This document shows, piece after piece, positions 62,993 through 63,479 of a stretch of 63,479 bases of DNA. Both the position numbers and the translations under genes were made by a program. Positions within the stretch are counted from its first letter, which is position 1. Every line of letters begins with the position of its first letter. The DNA lies in the NCBI RefSeq assembly GCF_001194135.2, contig NC_068984.1:35947476-36010954 (forward strand), read 5' to 3'. The notes below the pieces were generated by a model, which ran no database searches, was not told where the DNA came from, and saw only the letters and a list, made by a program, of their open reading frames with translations. This stretch comes from Octopus bimaculoides (lineage: Eukaryota).

Positions 62993-63479
62993 TAATGATA
63001 GGCACAGACAACCCAGTAGAAGAAAACTGCTTAATCTATATATGCTTTCTTTTGAAGAGTGGCATGTGCAAGATTCAGGAGGTGAAACCAGCGACATTTA
63101 GTTTCATATTTACTTTAAGACTCTGCATTAGTAATGAGGTTTTTCATTCTCTTGCTACATTAATCGCAAATTTTATTTATCATTTCCATGTAAAAAGAAC
63201 ACCTCCAACACTCACAACATTCAATGATATACACTGGTTCTTCTTTTCTAGATTATGCTGTGCATATTCATCGAGTGGGATTGGATTTGTACAACTCCTT
63301 TCCCCACAATAAAAAAAAAAATCGGTCAACCACAAGTTTCGCTCGAAAGAAAGGTGCGAGCTATCACAAAAATACCTGGCCGTAGCCTTCGCATGTGTTT
63401 GATTTTCGATCATGTGATGGCAACATTTGAATACGCGTTTCCACACATAAAATAGACATGTATATATATATATATATAT

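Noticed and set aside
58380-62997. Target-site duplication of the gypsy element
   Set aside because: The flanks (ctttc versus taatg) do not match, and the right LTR boundary is uncertain.

Overview
Eukaryotic, AT-rich, repeat-dense, apparently intergenic or intronic DNA. It has 9 assembly gaps, each flanked by simple repeats. The two SINE families match my recollection of octopus SINE consensus sequences, so an octopus genome is the best guess (inference, not verified). I found no convincing host protein-coding gene, rRNA, tRNA gene or CRISPR array, and most long ORFs in the track are artefacts of N-gaps or microsatellites. Recognisable content is transposon-derived: (i) several decayed R4/Dong-type non-LTR retrotransposon fragments with restriction-like endonuclease (RLE), plus three near-identical young 3' ends sitting in (AAT)n; (ii) an ORF-less ~560 bp repeat that also sits in (AAT)n; (iii) a Penelope-like RT/GIY-YIG remnant; (iv) a full-length 1,549 bp Tc1 (DD34E) element with TA TSD, ~150 bp TIRs and an apparent 114 bp GT-AG intron in its catalytic domain; (v) a decayed maT/mariner-like transposase; (vi) a two-LTR Ty3/gypsy (Mag-like) provirus; (vii) about 11 SINE copies. 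The most interesting unexplained structures are a 71 bp-arm hairpin with a perfect 23 bp core (20895-21078), a nested foldback (30042-30165), an old tandem duplication with conserved motif blocks (39229-39972) and a compact RFX/YY1/E-box motif cluster (19375-19436). All alignments and translations were done by eye.
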